Positions 44,048-45,293 of a stretch of 45,293 nucleotides of DNA are shown here, in pieces. Within the stretch, counting starts at the first letter, position 1, and each line of letters starts with the position of its first letter. Source of the stretch: Candidatus Nanohalobium sp. Its GTDB lineage: Archaea; Nanohalarchaeota; Nanosalinia; Nanosalinales; Nanosalinaceae. The stretch covers positions 1 to 45,293 of the forward strand of contig JBDGTY010000040.1 in assembly GCA_042216335.1 (NCBI GenBank). The letters are read 5' to 3'. A model generated the notes under the pieces. The model searched no databases. It worked only from the letters and a program-made list of their open reading frames with translations, and had not been told where the DNA came from. The position numbers and the translations under genes were made by a program.

Positions 44048-44553
44048 ATGGCTATTCGTGATCGAGTTGGAAATATGTTAGGGAAAGACGAAGAACTTGA
44101 AGAGAAAGAACTAACTGATATGGGGGAACTTGCGAAAAGGATTCAAAATGAAGAGGAACATCTTGAGCGAGAGGAGAAGCTTGATGAGAAGATTCTAGCG
44201 GATGTTCAGGATATCTCGTCAGAGATGCAATCTCTTCGAGAGGATGAAGAAAGGATGCGTGAGATCTGGGGGAAGGAATAACGTTAGGAAACCAAGAACA
44301 ACTATCCGAAGTTCAGGAACTGGCCCAAAGAATCAAGAGTGAAGGTGAGGCTATCGAGCAGGATTTTGCTCAATTAAAGGAAGAAATTGAACAACAGAAG
44401 GAAACAGCCCAGCAAGTGAATCAGGATGAGTCTAGTATTGCAGAATTGGCAAATCAGGTTCAGGCTGAATTTGATAGACATCAAAGTATGCTTGAACAGG
44501 CTGAAAATGCCTTGAATCAAGAGCTCATGGGGTCTGATGCATTACAGGGATAA
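44048..44553 (+). pseudogene. Coiled-coil protein gene split by a single-base frameshift (about 168 aa if joined)
   Basis: ORF stops at 44281 but the -1 frame is open 44263-44553 with the same composition and a related repeat; G5 run at 44268-44272. Confidence 0.7.
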
Positions 44554-44680
44554 AAATTAGTTGCTTTAATTCTTTATCTTACACATACAGCCTTATTTTT
44601 TTGTGATAAGCAGGATGCTGCATCTTTTACACTTATTCTGCGGAATTTTTAGTTCTGTCTCAACCTAAATTATAGATTGA

Positions 44681-44914
44681 TTATTCCTCGAACTTTCCCA
44701 ATCTCTCCAAGGTTTCCAATATTCCCCATGCATAAATTACCGCCTCCCAGGCCCTGATGTAGTCCTCTTCTTCCAGGAAGTGTATGGTGTCGTCTCTATA
44801 AGCGAGGACGTTCTCCATCTGCTCAACTGATTCATCCTTTCCTTCGATCCTGTCGTCGAGTTTTTCCAGCCATTTCTCCGTCTCCTCTTTGAGTTTTTCC
44901 TGTGTCTTGTTCAT
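44681..44914 (-). CDS. DUF357-like protein
   Basis: NVLAYRDDTIHFLEEEDYIRAWEAVIYAWGILE. Confidence 0.85.
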   Translation of the reverse strand: MNKTQEKLKEETEKWLEKLDDRIEGKDESVEQMENVLAYRDDTIHFLEEEDYIRAWEAVIYAWGILETLERLGKFEE

Positions 44915-45279
44915 ACTGATTCTTTGAGTTTGTCTGCTATTTCTCTGGCCTTTGATTTCATTTCTTCGTATTCTTCTTCGGAACCTAGGAATCCTTTTTC
45001 GTAATCTGCCTGTTCTCTTCTGGTTTTCAGTTTGGAGTAGAATGATGCTTCGTCTTCTGTCAGGAGGTCTTCCTGCCGGTACAAAATATTGTGTACTAGT
45101 GAGTCAAGGCCTTGGTGATTTTTTGGTGCGTAGTCCATGGAAATCAGGACGGCCCGTGCTGAGTGGTATAGCGCGTAGTAGAGTGTCGAATATCTTCGTC
45201 TAATTGAGGCAGCCTCTATCAGGTCTAGATCGTTCAGAGCTTCCTCCGCAAGCTCAAGTTCCGAATCAACTTCTGACAT
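44911..45279 (-). CDS. HEPN-domain protein (UPF0332-like)
   Basis: YYALYHSARAVL, PKNHQG, RREQADY. Confidence 0.88.
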   Translation of the reverse strand: MSEVDSELELAEEALNDLDLIEAASIRRRYSTLYYALYHSARAVLISMDYAPKNHQGLDSLVHNILYRQEDLLTEDEASFYSKLKTRREQADYEKGFLGSEEEYEEMKSKAREIADKLKESV

Positions 45280-45293
45280 ACTCTACACCTTCA

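Noticed and set aside
44263-44281. Canonical programmed -1 ribosomal frameshift
   Set aside because: No X XXY YYZ heptamer in frame and no clear downstream stimulatory structure.
1-45293. CRISPR array, rRNA or IS element
   Set aside because: No regularly spaced repeats, rRNA-like segment or transposase seen; apparent repeats are codon-level low complexity.

Overview
Archaeal chromosomal window with a strongly acidic proteome, tight gene packing and CCA-less tRNAs; most consistent with Nanohaloarchaeota (DPANN), which is an inference. Left half: agmatinase fragment, argS, deoxyhypusine synthase, three tRNAs (Phe; Asn with a 54-nt intron; Arg-GCG with a 137-nt multi-hairpin intron), a haloarchaeal-type two-component island containing unannotated twin micro zinc-finger genes, the conserved aIF1A-rio1-KH-top6B-top6A cluster interrupted by an RHH/PIN toxin-antitoxin pair, nmd3, aEF-1beta, fen, two long acidic coiled-coil genes and gpmI. 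Right half: a ~15 kb type IV pilus locus (PilB/TadA-type ATPase with two inteins, PilC/TadC-type platform, 13 pilin-like genes of which three are missing from the ORF track, alba embedded), a divergent coiled-coil gene pair, a cluster of seven uncharacterised membrane protein genes, a frameshifted coiled-coil gene, a DUF357-like gene and a HEPN gene. The best candidate for an undescribed system is the pilus + coiled-coil + membrane cluster (23.8-44.6 kb) as a host-contact apparatus. All calls are from manual motif reading; no database searches were run.
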